Source: Patescibacteria group bacterium
GTDB taxonomy: Bacteria > Patescibacteriota > Minisyncoccia > Phycocordibacterales > PALSA-1337
Reading direction: 5' to 3'
NCBI GenBank assembly: GCA_038064415.1
Contig: JBBTTD010000005.1
Location: 2,149 to 66,148 of the forward strand
Length of the DNA stretch: 64,000 nucleotides
The position numbers were made by a program, and so were the translations under genes. Positions 9,274-19,480 of the stretch are shown here, piece by piece. Under the pieces are notes generated by a model that made no database searches, was not told the origin of the DNA, and worked only from the letters and a program-made list of their open reading frames with translations. Numbering within the stretch: position 1 is the first letter of the stretch; the number at the start of each line of letters is the position of its first letter.

Positions 9274-10065
9274 TTATTTCAACGAATACCTACTCCATCT
9301 CCTCTCTCCTTCTTTCTTTACCACCCCCCTATCCATAAGTTCTATCAATTCCCGCTGAATAGTCTTCTCACTACAATCCTTTATGACCTTTGAAAAGTCT
9401 TTAATGGTAAGGTTACTTTGTCCTTTAAGGACATTGATAATTGATTCCTGTCTTTGTGTCTTTTTGACCTGATTATTCTCATGACCTTTTGAAAACCTTA
9501 ATTTATCTGAAGAAATTGGATTTTCAAAACTTGCCCTGTCCTTGATCGGGCCTTGATTATTGATCATCGGTAACTTACCACCCATCTTAAATCCCGACGC
9601 AAACATATCTCCTGTCCTAAAGAAATTCTCTGAAAGGACATAACCGGCATTTTCCGCGTTTTCGGCAAGACGATCACGGAGCATTCCAACAATGTTATCA
9701 ATTTCTTTAACTAATAGTATGTGATTCATTTCACTAATCATGTTGGAAATACGAGCCACATTGAGGAGTGAAATAGTTTCTAGCGCGGAGCTAAATAGGG
9801 ATTGAATTATTGAACTTTTATCTCCAGGAACATTGCTTGACGCTATAAAGGACGAAGAAAGCAATTCCATGCCATGATCGCGCAATTCCCATTTCATTGG
9901 TTCATCGTCCTTTAGGAGTCCTGAAACCAAATAAAGTGCCGCGGTGATTTTTTCTGTCTTTTTGAATATATATAAAAGATATTCTTCAGCAGTGAAAAAA
10001 CCAAGTGATTTCCACTTTAATGGATCATTAAAAGCTGGCTGAATATTGTTGTCTTTTTTGTCCAT
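9274..10065 (-). CDS. Hypothetical protein with a helical N-domain and C-terminal winged HTH (DeoR-like)
   Basis: C-terminal RQESII..LK....LTIKDF......SEKTIQREL.EL...G.V.K.GERRW..Y. Confidence 0.8.
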   Translation of the reverse strand: MDKKDNNIQPAFNDPLKWKSLGFFTAEEYLLYIFKKTEKITAALYLVSGLLKDDEPMKWELRDHGMELLSSSFIASSNVPGDKSSIIQSLFSSALETISLLNVARISNMISEMNHILLVKEIDNIVGMLRDRLAENAENAGYVLSENFFRTGDMFASGFKMGGKLPMINNQGPIKDRASFENPISSDKLRFSKGHENNQVKKTQRQESIINVLKGQSNLTIKDFSKVIKDCSEKTIQRELIELMDRGVVKKEGERRWSRYSLK

Positions 10066-10261
10066 AATAATGATGTACTTTGTCTTTTATTGAAAATTAT
10101 GTGTCTTATATAAAAAGTCTGGATTTACTCTGTCTCTAATGTGTCCATTATAGGTCAAAACAAAAAAGGCGCAAGGGGTGTTTGGTTGATTTTGTGGATA
10201 CTTGGTGGATAATCTAAATCGTGCCCTACTTACCATTAAACAATGTGCTATTATTATATCC

Positions 10262-12532
10262 ATGGCAAAAAGAAAAAAGAATCTTGGAGAAAAAATACAC
10301 TTTTGGAATGAGTTGGAGGACAAGACCGTACACACAATTTTGGCTCTATTTTCATTTCTTATTACCGTCCTATCGCTCCTTGCCGCCTTCGGTAAAGCGG
10401 GGTTTGGAAACTACGGTTATGTGTTATTTTCAAGACTTTTTGGAGTCGGTTACTATCTAATTCCGATTGTGTTCGCGATGCTTGGAATTTCCTTTTTGCA
10501 AGGACTAAAAAAACGGTTCGAAATATCCAAGGTAGTTGGAATAATTTTATTCTTTATTTCCGGACTTGGTCTGATCGGACTTATCAATATTGGTGAATTT
10601 GGAAATAGTTATGGGGGTATTGTCGGCCACTGGATAGCTTCTCCGCTTTTGAAACTCCTTGATACTTGGGCAACTATTCTCGTATTAGTGGTGATATTCG
10701 TCGTATCAATAATTATGACTTTCAATTTACACATAACATTAGAACAATTAATGCTCTGGAATCGCAAAGAAAAAAGCGGAAAAAATGGAATACTGAATAA
10801 AGATGGAAAAATGGATGAGGATGAGGAGAAGAGGGTTGATGCGGCCTTGGCGATGGCAAGTGGAGAAATCAGCAACCTGGAACGCGAAGAGATGGAGCGG
10901 GTCGTGGCAGAGCAAAAGAAAAAAGAAGAAGCGAAGAAACGCGCGAGCAAAGACGCGGGACTTTTATTCAATGATGATGAGGAATCAGCTTTTGGAGCCG
11001 CCCTTTCTATTCCCTATTTAAAAACGTTTATACCTCCGCCACTAACGCTTCTGGAAAAAGATAAAGGCAAACCTGAAACGGGAGATATCAAAGCGAACGC
11101 GAATATTATAAAACGAACTTTGCAAAATTTCGGAATTACCGTTGAAATGGACGAAATCTCAATCGGTCCATCTGTCACCAGATACGCGCTGAAACCAGCT
11201 GAAGGCGTGAAGCTATCTCGCATTGTCACATTGAACAACGATCTTTCTTTGGCCTTAGCCGCCCACCCGATTCGCATAGAAGCTCCAATTCCGGGTAAAT
11301 CATTAGTTGGTATTGAGGTCCCAAATACCGCGAAGACAACCGTCGGACTCGCCACTTTGTTGGCAAGTCCTGAATTTCAAGAATCAGAAAAACCTTTGTT
11401 AATATCCCTTGGTAAAGATATCGCCGGCAAAGCTCATTTCGCCAATCTCGGAAAAGCTCCCCACGCGCTTATCGCCGGCGCGACAGGTTCCGGTAAATCT
11501 GTGACGATTCACGCCCTTATTACTTCCCTACTCTATCGAAACTCTCCCGAAAATCTAAAATTCATAATGATAGATCCGAAGCGCGTAGAACTCACGATGT
11601 ATAACAAGATTCCCCATCTATTGACTCCAGTCATCACAGATCCAAAAAAAGCAATCTTGGCTCTAAAATGGGCGTCAAAAGAAATGAGTAGAAGATATGA
11701 TGTGCTGGAACGCAGTGGGAGTCGTGATATAGATTCATATCACAAAAATATTCTTGCTCCAGCGATATTAAAATGGAAAAAAGAGAATAAGGCAAGGTCC
11801 GACCTTGATACTCTGCCATACTTAATCATCATTATTGATGAGTTGGCGGATATTATGCAGTCATACCCGCGCGAATTGGAGTCAGCCATTGTTCGTCTCG
11901 CGCAAATGAGTCGCGCCACAGGCATACATTTAGTGATCTCCACGCAAAGGCCAAGTGTCAATGTCATTACCGGACTCATCAAGGCGAATATTCCTTCTCG
12001 TATCGCTCTCCAAGTTGCTTCGCAAATAGATTCACGAACAATCCTTGACCAACAAGGCGCGGAAAAATTGCTTGGTGCTGGAGATATGCTCTATCTCGGT
12101 GGTGAAATGTCAAAACCTGTTCGTCTACAATCCGCTTACATAACAGAGGCAGAAGTCAAAAAAGTCGTGAGATATCTGATTGATCAATACAAAGATGAAC
12201 TAATAGACGAAATCAATCTCACTACTCCCGAGGTCGGGTCAAGTGCCGCTTTTGATGCAATGAATACTATGCTTGACGAAGATTCATTAGAAGAAGAGGA
12301 TGAGCTTTATGAAACGGCCAAAGAAGAAGTTATCACTACTAATAAAGCATCAACTTCATATATTCAGAGAAGACTTGGCATTGGATATTCTCGCGCCGCG
12401 AAGATTATGGACTTATTGGAACGCAAAGGAGTTATTGGTCCTGCCAATGGCTCAAAGCCAAGAGAAATTATCGGCGCGAAAGAACAGTCTGAAAGTCAGA
12501 AAGATGAAAGTCCCGCTGATTCAATTGTTTAA
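10262..12532 (+). CDS. ftsK: DNA translocase FtsK/SpoIIIE
   Basis: N-terminal TM helices, GATGSGKS Walker A, IIIDELAD Walker B, STQRPS, gamma domain QRRLGIGYSRAA; ATG at 10262 preferred over GTG at 10202. Confidence 0.97.
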   Translation: MAKRKKNLGEKIHFWNELEDKTVHTILALFSFLITVLSLLAAFGKAGFGNYGYVLFSRLFGVGYYLIPIVFAMLGISFLQGLKKRFEISKVVGIILFFISGLGLIGLINIGEFGNSYGGIVGHWIASPLLKLLDTWATILVLVVIFVVSIIMTFNLHITLEQLMLWNRKEKSGKNGILNKDGKMDEDEEKRVDAALAMASGEISNLEREEMERVVAEQKKKEEAKKRASKDAGLLFNDDEESAFGAALSIPYLKTFIPPPLTLLEKDKGKPETGDIKANANIIKRTLQNFGITVEMDEISIGPSVTRYALKPAEGVKLSRIVTLNNDLSLALAAHPIRIEAPIPGKSLVGIEVPNTAKTTVGLATLLASPEFQESEKPLLISLGKDIAGKAHFANLGKAPHALIAGATGSGKSVTIHALITSLLYRNSPENLKFIMIDPKRVELTMYNKIPHLLTPVITDPKKAILALKWASKEMSRRYDVLERSGSRDIDSYHKNILAPAILKWKKENKARSDLDTLPYLIIIIDELADIMQSYPRELESAIVRLAQMSRATGIHLVISTQRPSVNVITGLIKANIPSRIALQVASQIDSRTILDQQGAEKLLGAGDMLYLGGEMSKPVRLQSAYITEAEVKKVVRYLIDQYKDELIDEINLTTPEVGSSAAFDAMNTMLDEDSLEEEDELYETAKEEVITTNKASTSYIQRRLGIGYSRAAKIMDLLERKGVIGPANGSKPREIIGAKEQSESQKDESPADSIV

Positions 12533-12541
12533 GAGTAAACA

Positions 12542-12919
12542 GTGAGCGCGACAAAATATAACTCAATGCCCTTCACCCGTACAACTGCACTACGATTAGT
12601 AAAAATATCGGCTGGGATTTTGGCGGTGTTTTTAATTGTCGCGTATGCGACATGGCGCTCTCTAAATTACGCACGCGGACCAAGTATTACAATTGATGAG
12701 CCCAAAAATGGCGCCACAATTTCAGCATCAACGACGATAATTAAAGGAAAAGTTGAAAGGGTCAATTCAATCACTTTAAATGACAAACCCATATTCGTGG
12801 ATGAACAAGGAAATTTTAGTGAGACATTAATCGTGTTTCCTGGCACAAATATTTTAACTCTTAAGGCACATGATCAATTTAATAGGACGGTTGAAAAGCA
12901 ATTGAGAATACAAAAATAA
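12542..12919 (+). CDS. Membrane-anchored Ig-like domain protein
   Basis: One TM helix, then GP.ITI..P..G...G.F...L...G.N.....A.D pattern. Confidence 0.75.
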   Translation: MSATKYNSMPFTRTTALRLVKISAGILAVFLIVAYATWRSLNYARGPSITIDEPKNGATISASTTIIKGKVERVNSITLNDKPIFVDEQGNFSETLIVFPGTNILTLKAHDQFNRTVEKQLRIQK

Positions 12920-13018
12920 AGTAACGAGTAATGATACTCTTGATTTCATTATTCCCTTTTTAATTATGGTATGATTGTTTCTGCACCTGCGGATTATAAG
13001 ATTTAATATTGAAAGATT

Positions 13019-14134
13019 ATGCCTATACTAAAAGGAAAGGTTAGCTCTCGACATGGGTCGGGAAAAAAAGAAAACGAAAACTCTCGTGGAGTCTCCTCTG
13101 TGCTTGAAGAGATTAATGAAGCAGGTAAATTAGAATCAAAAACTGAAAACAAAAAACATTCAACTAGAATCTCTGACGCGCTTGACGCGATCCGCACAAA
13201 ATTTGGCGAGGATTCCATCATGAAGCTTGGCGACAAGCCAAAAGTAAATGTAAATGCCATCCCGACCGGATCTCTCGGACTAGATTGGGCACTTGGCATC
13301 GGTGGTATGCCTCGTGGACGAGTTATTGAGATATTTGGTCCAGAATCATCCGGAAAGACCACTTTAGCTCTACATGTAGTGGCCGAAGCTCAAAAGCGTG
13401 ACGGCGTATGTGCTTATATTGATGCCGAACATGCCATGGACCCAGAATATGCCACCAAACTTGGCGTGAAGATCAATGATTTACTCATTTCCCAGCCAGA
13501 TACGGGCGAACAAGCTCTAGAAATCGTGGACAGCCTTGTCCGCACGGGAAAAATGGATGTGATCGTCATTGACTCCGTGGCCGCTCTCACTCCCCGCGCC
13601 GAAATTGAGGGCGATATGGGCGCGCACCATGTCGGCGCTCAAGCCCGTTTAATGTCCCAAGCACTCCGAAAACTAACGGCGATCGTCGCCAAATCAAAAA
13701 CTGTCATTATCTTCATAAACCAGATTCGTATGCAAATTGGAGTGATGTTCGGCAATCCAGAAACTACTTCGGGCGGTAAAGCTCTGAAGTTTTACGCGTC
13801 TGTTCGTCTAGATATCCGCAGAATAGCTCAAATTAAAAAAGGCGAAGAAATCATGGGTGGACGCTGTCGCGTGAAAGTAGTAAAAAACAAAGTCGCCGCG
13901 CCATTCAAGCAGACGGAGTTTGACCTGATGTACAACGAAGGTATTTCCCAAGAAGGAGAAATTATCGCGCTTGGAGAAAAATACGAGATCTTGTCTAAGT
14001 CTGGATCTTCTTATTCATTCGGCGAAATAAAGCTCGGTCGTGGATATGATGCCACAAGACAATTTCTCAAAGAAAATGCGGCGGTGAAAAATGATATATT
14101 GAAAGTGATCCGCGCGAGATTGAGTCAACAGTAA
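13019..14134 (+). CDS. recA: Recombinase RecA
   Basis: [38 protein letters not shown]. Confidence 0.99.
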   Translation: MPILKGKVSSRHGSGKKENENSRGVSSVLEEINEAGKLESKTENKKHSTRISDALDAIRTKFGEDSIMKLGDKPKVNVNAIPTGSLGLDWALGIGGMPRGRVIEIFGPESSGKTTLALHVVAEAQKRDGVCAYIDAEHAMDPEYATKLGVKINDLLISQPDTGEQALEIVDSLVRTGKMDVIVIDSVAALTPRAEIEGDMGAHHVGAQARLMSQALRKLTAIVAKSKTVIIFINQIRMQIGVMFGNPETTSGGKALKFYASVRLDIRRIAQIKKGEEIMGGRCRVKVVKNKVAAPFKQTEFDLMYNEGISQEGEIIALGEKYEILSKSGSSYSFGEIKLGRGYDATRQFLKENAAVKNDILKVIRARLSQQ

Positions 14135-14193
14135 AGTAAACAAGATCAAATATTCCCCACTCTAAAGTCGTAAGAGTGGGTATATTTGATATC

Positions 14194-14221
14194 TTGACAG
14201 CGTATATACAGGATATATACT
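14194..14221 (+). promoter_or_regulatory. TA operon promoter with palindromic operator
   Basis: TTGACA-N16-TATACT overlapped by gtatata-N5-tatatac. Confidence 0.65.
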
Positions 14222-14230
14222 GTTATTATT

Positions 14231-14467
14231 ATGACAACTTCTAAAATACTGTTTAACATGGACACAACACTCAAGAAAGAATTGCAGAAAAAAGCCCGCA
14301 AAGAAGGCATGAATCTGAGTACCGTGCTCAATATTACTGCACGCGCTTATATTGCTAATAGAATATATATCAGTGCATCTGATAGAAATTTCGAGCAAGG
14401 AATGGCAGATATTCGTGCAGGTAGAATAAGACCAGCAGAAGAAGTGTTTAAGAGGCTAGGCATATAA
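14231..14467 (+). CDS. RelB-like ribbon-helix-helix antitoxin
   Basis: 78 aa, RHH-like N-terminus, GMADIRAGR..AEEVFKRLG C-terminus; precedes a RelE-like gene. Confidence 0.8.
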   Translation: MTTSKILFNMDTTLKKELQKKARKEGMNLSTVLNITARAYIANRIYISASDRNFEQGMADIRAGRIRPAEEVFKRLGI

Positions 14468-14471
14468 ACAC

Positions 14472-14717
14472 ATGAATATTTACTTCTCTTATCAGGCTGA
14501 GAATGATCTCAGCAAGCTTCCCTTTGACATGCAAAAACGAATACGAGACAAGGTGCGATTCTTCATGAGACAAACAAATATCTTTACCTTCGCAAAGTAT
14601 ATTGCTGTTAAGAGATGTTACCGATTAAGAATTGGTAATTATCGTTTGCAATTTATCATTAAAAATCAGGAGGTTAAAATAATTTCAATCGATCCGAGAG
14701 ATAAGGCATATGACTAA
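14472..14717 (+). CDS. RelE/ParE family toxin
   Basis: Basic 81-aa protein with YRLRIGNYR and C-terminal RDKAY. Confidence 0.85.
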   Translation: MNIYFSYQAENDLSKLPFDMQKRIRDKVRFFMRQTNIFTFAKYIAVKRCYRLRIGNYRLQFIIKNQEVKIISIDPRDKAYD

Positions 14718-14770
14718 TCGCTATCTTTTTTGCTTTTTTTTATTAAACCATATAGAATGCCCCAACACTC

Positions 14771-15343
14771 ATGTCACTCCTTGAATACAGCGAAATTACC
14801 GAGAAGAAATATATCATCCTTGACGGTCAGCCATTTGAGGTGATCTCCGCGCATGTTTTTCGCAAACAACAACGCAAGCCCGTCAATGCCACTAAGCTCA
14901 AAAATCTCATGACAGGCAAAGTTACCGAGTACTCATTTCATGTCTCCGATAAAGTTGAACAAGCTGAAATTGAGTCTAGAGACGTAAAATATCTTTACAA
15001 CAGCCGTGGTGAATGGTGGTTCTGCGAAGCAGAAGACCCGTCCAAACGATTCAAGGTTACTGACGAGCAGATTGGCCCTCAAGGAAAATACATCAAGCCA
15101 AACACGGTAGTAGAACAGCTCCTCTTCCAAGATCAACCTATGGGTTTCAAGATGCCAATTACAGCTGAATTACGCGTTACAGAAGCCCCTCCGGGCATAA
15201 AAGGTGACACTGCCACTGGCGGTCAAAAAGTAATTACTTTAGAAACTGGCGTGACTATCAACGTTCCCTTATTCGTAAACGAAGGAGATATTATTAGAAT
15301 CAATACGGAAACTGGAGAATATAGAGAAAGAGTAACCAGATAG
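14771..15343 (+). CDS. efp: Elongation factor P
   Basis: PGIKGDTATGG, LETG, VPLFVNEGD, INTETGEY.ERV. Confidence 0.96.
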   Translation: MSLLEYSEITEKKYIILDGQPFEVISAHVFRKQQRKPVNATKLKNLMTGKVTEYSFHVSDKVEQAEIESRDVKYLYNSRGEWWFCEAEDPSKRFKVTDEQIGPQGKYIKPNTVVEQLLFQDQPMGFKMPITAELRVTEAPPGIKGDTATGGQKVITLETGVTINVPLFVNEGDIIRINTETGEYRERVTR

Positions 15344-15346
15344 AGA

Positions 15347-15467
15347 CAAAGAAAAGGTGGCACGCATATTTTGAGAGACCTTGCGAGCGCGACTGGCGCG
15401 AGCACGAGGAATTTTTCAGCAGAAAAATATCCGTGTCTCTCAAAATATGCGTGCCACCTTTTCTTTG
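15347..15467. repeat. 121-bp MITE-like element with perfect 33-bp terminal inverted repeats
   Basis: caaagaaaaggtggcacgcatattttgagagac (15347-15379) and its exact reverse complement (15435-15467), between convergent efp and rpsR. Confidence 0.8.
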
Positions 15468-15481
15468 GTAGATCTTGACAA

Positions 15482-15685
15482 CTAACTCGCTACATATGGA
15501 AGCAATCCCATAAATCGCGCGCGCTTCACCGCCGTCGCCAGTTGACGCTGATACTTCGCGGCAATATTCGTGCGTTTCCTAGAAAGAACACGACCATGAG
15601 GATTGAGGAATTTTTTTAAAACTTCCGTATCCTTGTAATCAATATATTTAATGTTGTGCTGACCGAAATAACACTGCTTTTTCAT
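15482..15685 (-). CDS. rpsR: 30S ribosomal protein S18
   Basis: IDYKD..L.KF, QRQLATAVKRAR..GLLPY. Confidence 0.97.
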   Translation of the reverse strand: MKKQCYFGQHNIKYIDYKDTEVLKKFLNPHGRVLSRKRTNIAAKYQRQLATAVKRARFMGLLPYVAS

Positions 15686-15748
15686 AATATTTTAATAACT
15701 TAATTATTTTGGTTAATTTTTTTCTCTACTCTTCGCTTATTTGCTTAA

Positions 15749-16228
15749 CTAAAATGGTATGTCGTCTGGATTAATTTCCTCACTTGGATAATCTATCTTG
15801 TCCGCTGGAGCTTCAGGCGCTTGACCACCTTTTGTCTCACTTTGACTGTCGCCGGTTTTGCTTGAATTAGAAGCTGATGATGACTGTCCCGCCCCAGCGC
15901 CGCTTGGTCGATTACCAAACTGGACTGCGTCGGCGATGATCTCCGTACGATACTTCTTCTCCCCATTTGCTTCCCAAGAACGAGTCTGTAGACGACCCTC
16001 AAGATAGACCTGCGAACCCTTTTTCATGTATTGAGCGACCAATTCTCCCGTTCGACCAAATGCTGAAATATTGTGAAATTCCGTGGTTTCCTGCCTATTA
16101 CCGTCTTTATCCTTGTAAACACGATTAGTAGCGACACCAAAACTACAAACTTTCGTGCCTGACGGCAAGGCCTTGAGTTCTGGATCTCTAGTGAGATTTC
16201 CTATGATAAATACTTTATTTAGGTACAT
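15749..16228 (-). CDS. ssb: Single-stranded DNA-binding protein
   Basis: NKV.IIGNLTRDPE, EGRLQTRSW, C-terminal DDIPF. Confidence 0.98.
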   Translation of the reverse strand: MYLNKVFIIGNLTRDPELKALPSGTKVCSFGVATNRVYKDKDGNRQETTEFHNISAFGRTGELVAQYMKKGSQVYLEGRLQTRSWEANGEKKYRTEIIADAVQFGNRPSGAGAGQSSSASNSSKTGDSQSETKGGQAPEAPADKIDYPSEEINPDDIPF

Positions 16229-16332
16229 TTGAGTTATAAAGTCAGAAAGTCCATAAAATCTGAAAGTAAATTGTTAGAGATTTTATGGTCTATTTGACTT
16301 GTGACTTGTTACTTTTAAACTTTCGACTTTTA

Positions 16333-16830
16333 TTATACCTCTTTGACCAGATCATCAATACTCTTGTCCATTTCTTCAATGGTCGCCGGAGCGACAATCT
16401 CCTTTTTATCTTCAGGAACAGTGCCAACTCCGGGAGTCGCGACAAATTCCGAAGAAATTATCAGAGCGGGCGCACGCTTGCCAAGATAGGTATTCTCACG
16501 AACAGTAGAAATGAGAAGTGTGCGTAAAACTGAAGGATGAAGCTCAATTGCTTTTTTCACATCTTCAATTTTATCTGAACCAAGCTCAAACTTGACCCAA
16601 CCAAAATGAGCGGAGTCATATTTCTCATATCCGCCTGATACCATTTTCTTGCTGATTGTATAAGCAAGTAGTTGGCGGTGCGGTATTTCTTCCGCGATGA
16701 CGGAAGATCCCGCATCGGTGATTATTTTTTTAATTGTCTCCGCTTCGGCTGGGACTTTTTCGTCCGGAACCGAGACAATGAGATAACCTATCTCATAGAC
16801 CGATTGGTCTTTATCAGTAGTATCTTTCAT
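16333..16830 (-). CDS. rpsF: 30S ribosomal protein S6
   Basis: YEIGYL, LAYTI.K, VLR.L; rpsF-ssb-rpsR gene order. Confidence 0.92.
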   Translation of the reverse strand: MKDTTDKDQSVYEIGYLIVSVPDEKVPAEAETIKKIITDAGSSVIAEEIPHRQLLAYTISKKMVSGGYEKYDSAHFGWVKFELGSDKIEDVKKAIELHPSVLRTLLISTVRENTYLGKRAPALIISSEFVATPGVGTVPEDKKEIVAPATIEEMDKSIDDLVKEV

Positions 16831-16998
16831 TTGTTTTGCAGTCAGCGACCCTAGTGGAATGTTCCCTTCAGGACCTCTTGATAAGAGGGCTTACTGCGAT
16901 TACTTATAATATGATACGAGACTAACATGGAATTTACCTCTACGCAAGAGTATTGTATTCCTCGCAGGTTAGGAATGATATGTGGTGGAGGTGATTTG

Positions 16999-17056
16999 AA
17001 TATAACATCCCGAAATCAAGAAATGATAAAGATTTGATCAAGATTTGATCAAGATT
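16999..17056 (-). promoter_or_regulatory. Promoter with four 11-bp direct repeats and extended -10 (copy 3), upstream of rpsF-ssb-rpsR
   Basis: Same repeats, then ggga-TGT-TATATT. Confidence 0.7.
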
Positions 17057-17144
17057 GGAAAATGTTGTGGGATAGCAAGGAGAGACCTCGCCGGGTCACT
17101 GGGTAGACCCATGGAAATTCCTTTGTCAGGTGAGGATCAAGCCT

Positions 17145-17941
17145 TCACATGATAAAGAAGTTTCGTGTATTTTTTAATAATTGCGTAGATACCACCTCTT
17201 CCTTCTCGCCACGAATTTCAGCGATTTTTTTGACTACTTCAATGACATATAATGGTTCATTTCTTTTTCCGCGATATGGAATAGGAGCGACAAATGGGCA
17301 ATCGGTTTCTGACATAATATTAATCAGTGGCACGTTTTTTATTATTTCGTCATAATTTCGCGCGAAAGTTATTACACCACCAAATGACATGGAATTCCCC
17401 ATTTCTACGATATTTTTGGCATTTTCAATGGTTCCAGCGAAAAAGTGAAAATTAGCACGAACTTTGGCGCGCCTCTTTAAGATATCAATCACCTCTTGAT
17501 ATGCGTCTTGAGCGAGGTGAGACCTCGCTCATTCCTAACATGCAACATCAACGGTTTCCCGACTTTATTAGCCAAATCAATATGTTTTTCAAAAATTTCT
17601 CTTTGTTTTGGTATTTCCTCTGGTCTTGAATGAAAGTAATCAAGACCACATTCGCCAATTGCCACTACTTTTGGATTATTAGCTAATTGGTCCAGGACGG
17701 AAAAATCTCCTGAAATATCAACGACTTTCGCGTCTGTCGGATGAAAACCAACAATTGCCCAAACATTTCCGTGAGTTTCGGCCAATTCAACAACTTTTTT
17801 TGATGACTCAATATCCGTACCTACCGCAATAATTCCCACACCCGCTTCTTGGGCGCGTTTAATCACACCTTCACGATCTTTGTCGTAATCGGAAAAATTA
17901 ACATGGCCATGAATATCTATATATTTCAGTTGCTTTGACAT
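17145..17941 (-). pseudogene. tatD: TatD family DNase split by a frameshift near 17530
   Basis: IDIHGH, GFHP, IGECGLDY and LHVR in one frame; HFF, SETDCPF and RGKRNEP in another; junction lies at a palindromic repeat. Confidence 0.85.
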
Positions 17942-17964
17942 GAAAAAATTGACCATCGGATAAT

Positions 17965-19470
17965 CTACTTCCTCGCGAACAATGGCTGTACCGGGGTCTT
18001 TTTATCAATAATCAGTTTTTTAATAGTCTCTGAAGTATTTGGGAGAATCGGCGTCAAAAGATTCGCAATCAGCCACAACTCTTCCAATAAATACTTAACC
18101 GCTTTCTCCCCCTTTACTCTATTTTCTTTGATAAGTTTAAATGGGGCATTTTCAGCGATATATTTATCCGATTTCATAATTCTTTCCCAAATCTCATCAC
18201 AGACTTTATTGATTTCAAACCCAGCTAACTTTTTGTCAAATTCTACCCAATCAACTGGTCCTTTTGTATTTTTTTCTTGAATCTTAGATCTTGAATCTTG
18301 AATCTTTCCCGTATCAATCCACACCTCATTTGTTTCCGCCATCTTCAAAATACGACTGGTTAAATTTCCGATACCATTCGCAAGATGAGCGTTGTACCCT
18401 TCTTTGAATTTCTCCATTGTGAATGGACTATCTCCAAATGGACTCAGTCCACGCGCCACATAGTAACGCAAAGCATCTGTGCCATATTCTTTGACAATTT
18501 CCACAGGATCAACAGTATTACCTAGTGATTTAGACATTTTCAAACCGCCTTCACCTGTAATAAAGCCATTGATTACAATGGTATGAGATGGCGGTAATCC
18601 TGCGGCCATCAACATCGCTTGCCACATCGCCGACTGCTGGCGAAGGTTATCTTTGCCACAATATTGAACTACCCCACCAGTTTCCACCCACCATTTCTTA
18701 AAAGCGCCCGCAGACTTTTTGCCAGCAATTTCATCATCAGGCCAACCAACAGTAGAAACATAATTAATTAATGCGTCAAACCAAACATACATGACATGCG
18801 CAGAATCATTTGGCACAGGTATTCCCCACGGCATCTTGGTTGCCAAACGAGAAATGCTAAAATCTTCCAGACCTCGTCCCACGAAAACTTTAATTTCATT
18901 GAGTCGAAAGTCTGGAATCACAAATAACGGATTTTCCAGATACAAATCAAGTAACTGTTTTTGAAAAGCGCTGAATCTGAAGAAATAATTTTCTTCATCA
19001 ATCAAAATCAATTCAGTGGTCGGATGAATAAAACAATGCCCATTCTCTAGTTCAGTATCAGTTATTTCAAGTTCACATCCAGGGCAATATTTGGTTTTAT
19101 ATAATTTTTTATAAATAAACCCGTTTGCATCGCACCGACGCCAAAATTCTTGCGCCGCTTTAGTATGATGTCTATCGGTAGTTCGAATGAAATGAATATC
19201 ATCACTCAATCCGAGAACATCTTTGAGCTCTCTGAATTTGATAACATATCGATCAACAAATGCTTGGGTATCTTCATTAAAATGGAAAGCTTTCTGATAT
19301 ATTTTAACACCATGTTCATCCGTGCCAGTATTGAAAAATACCTCATGTCCCGCAAGTTTTTTGACCCGCGCGATAATGTCGGCGCGAATAATTTCCATGG
19401 CAAAACCAATGTGCGGTTCAGCGTTCACATATGGCAGAGTCGTCGTGATGTAAAAAGGTTTTTTGTTCAT
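17965..19470 (-). CDS. metG: Methionyl-tRNA synthetase
   Basis: YITTTLPYVN..PHIG, GTDEHG, YVWFDAL, KMSKSLGN. Confidence 0.97.
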   Translation of the reverse strand: MNKKPFYITTTLPYVNAEPHIGFAMEIIRADIIARVKKLAGHEVFFNTGTDEHGVKIYQKAFHFNEDTQAFVDRYVIKFRELKDVLGLSDDIHFIRTTDRHHTKAAQEFWRRCDANGFIYKKLYKTKYCPGCELEITDTELENGHCFIHPTTELILIDEENYFFRFSAFQKQLLDLYLENPLFVIPDFRLNEIKVFVGRGLEDFSISRLATKMPWGIPVPNDSAHVMYVWFDALINYVSTVGWPDDEIAGKKSAGAFKKWWVETGGVVQYCGKDNLRQQSAMWQAMLMAAGLPPSHTIVINGFITGEGGLKMSKSLGNTVDPVEIVKEYGTDALRYYVARGLSPFGDSPFTMEKFKEGYNAHLANGIGNLTSRILKMAETNEVWIDTGKIQDSRSKIQEKNTKGPVDWVEFDKKLAGFEINKVCDEIWERIMKSDKYIAENAPFKLIKENRVKGEKAVKYLLEELWLIANLLTPILPNTSETIKKLIIDKKTPVQPLFARK

Positions 19471-19480
19471 GCGGAATGGG

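Noticed and set aside
8645-10260. Replication origin
   Set aside because: Only isolated DnaA boxes, with no dense cluster and no dnaA or dnaN nearby.
17145-17492. Stop-codon reassignment (code 25) to explain the split tatD
   Set aside because: The halves are in different frames, and TGA ends intact genes elsewhere (relE, tmk, recO, M16 peptidase).
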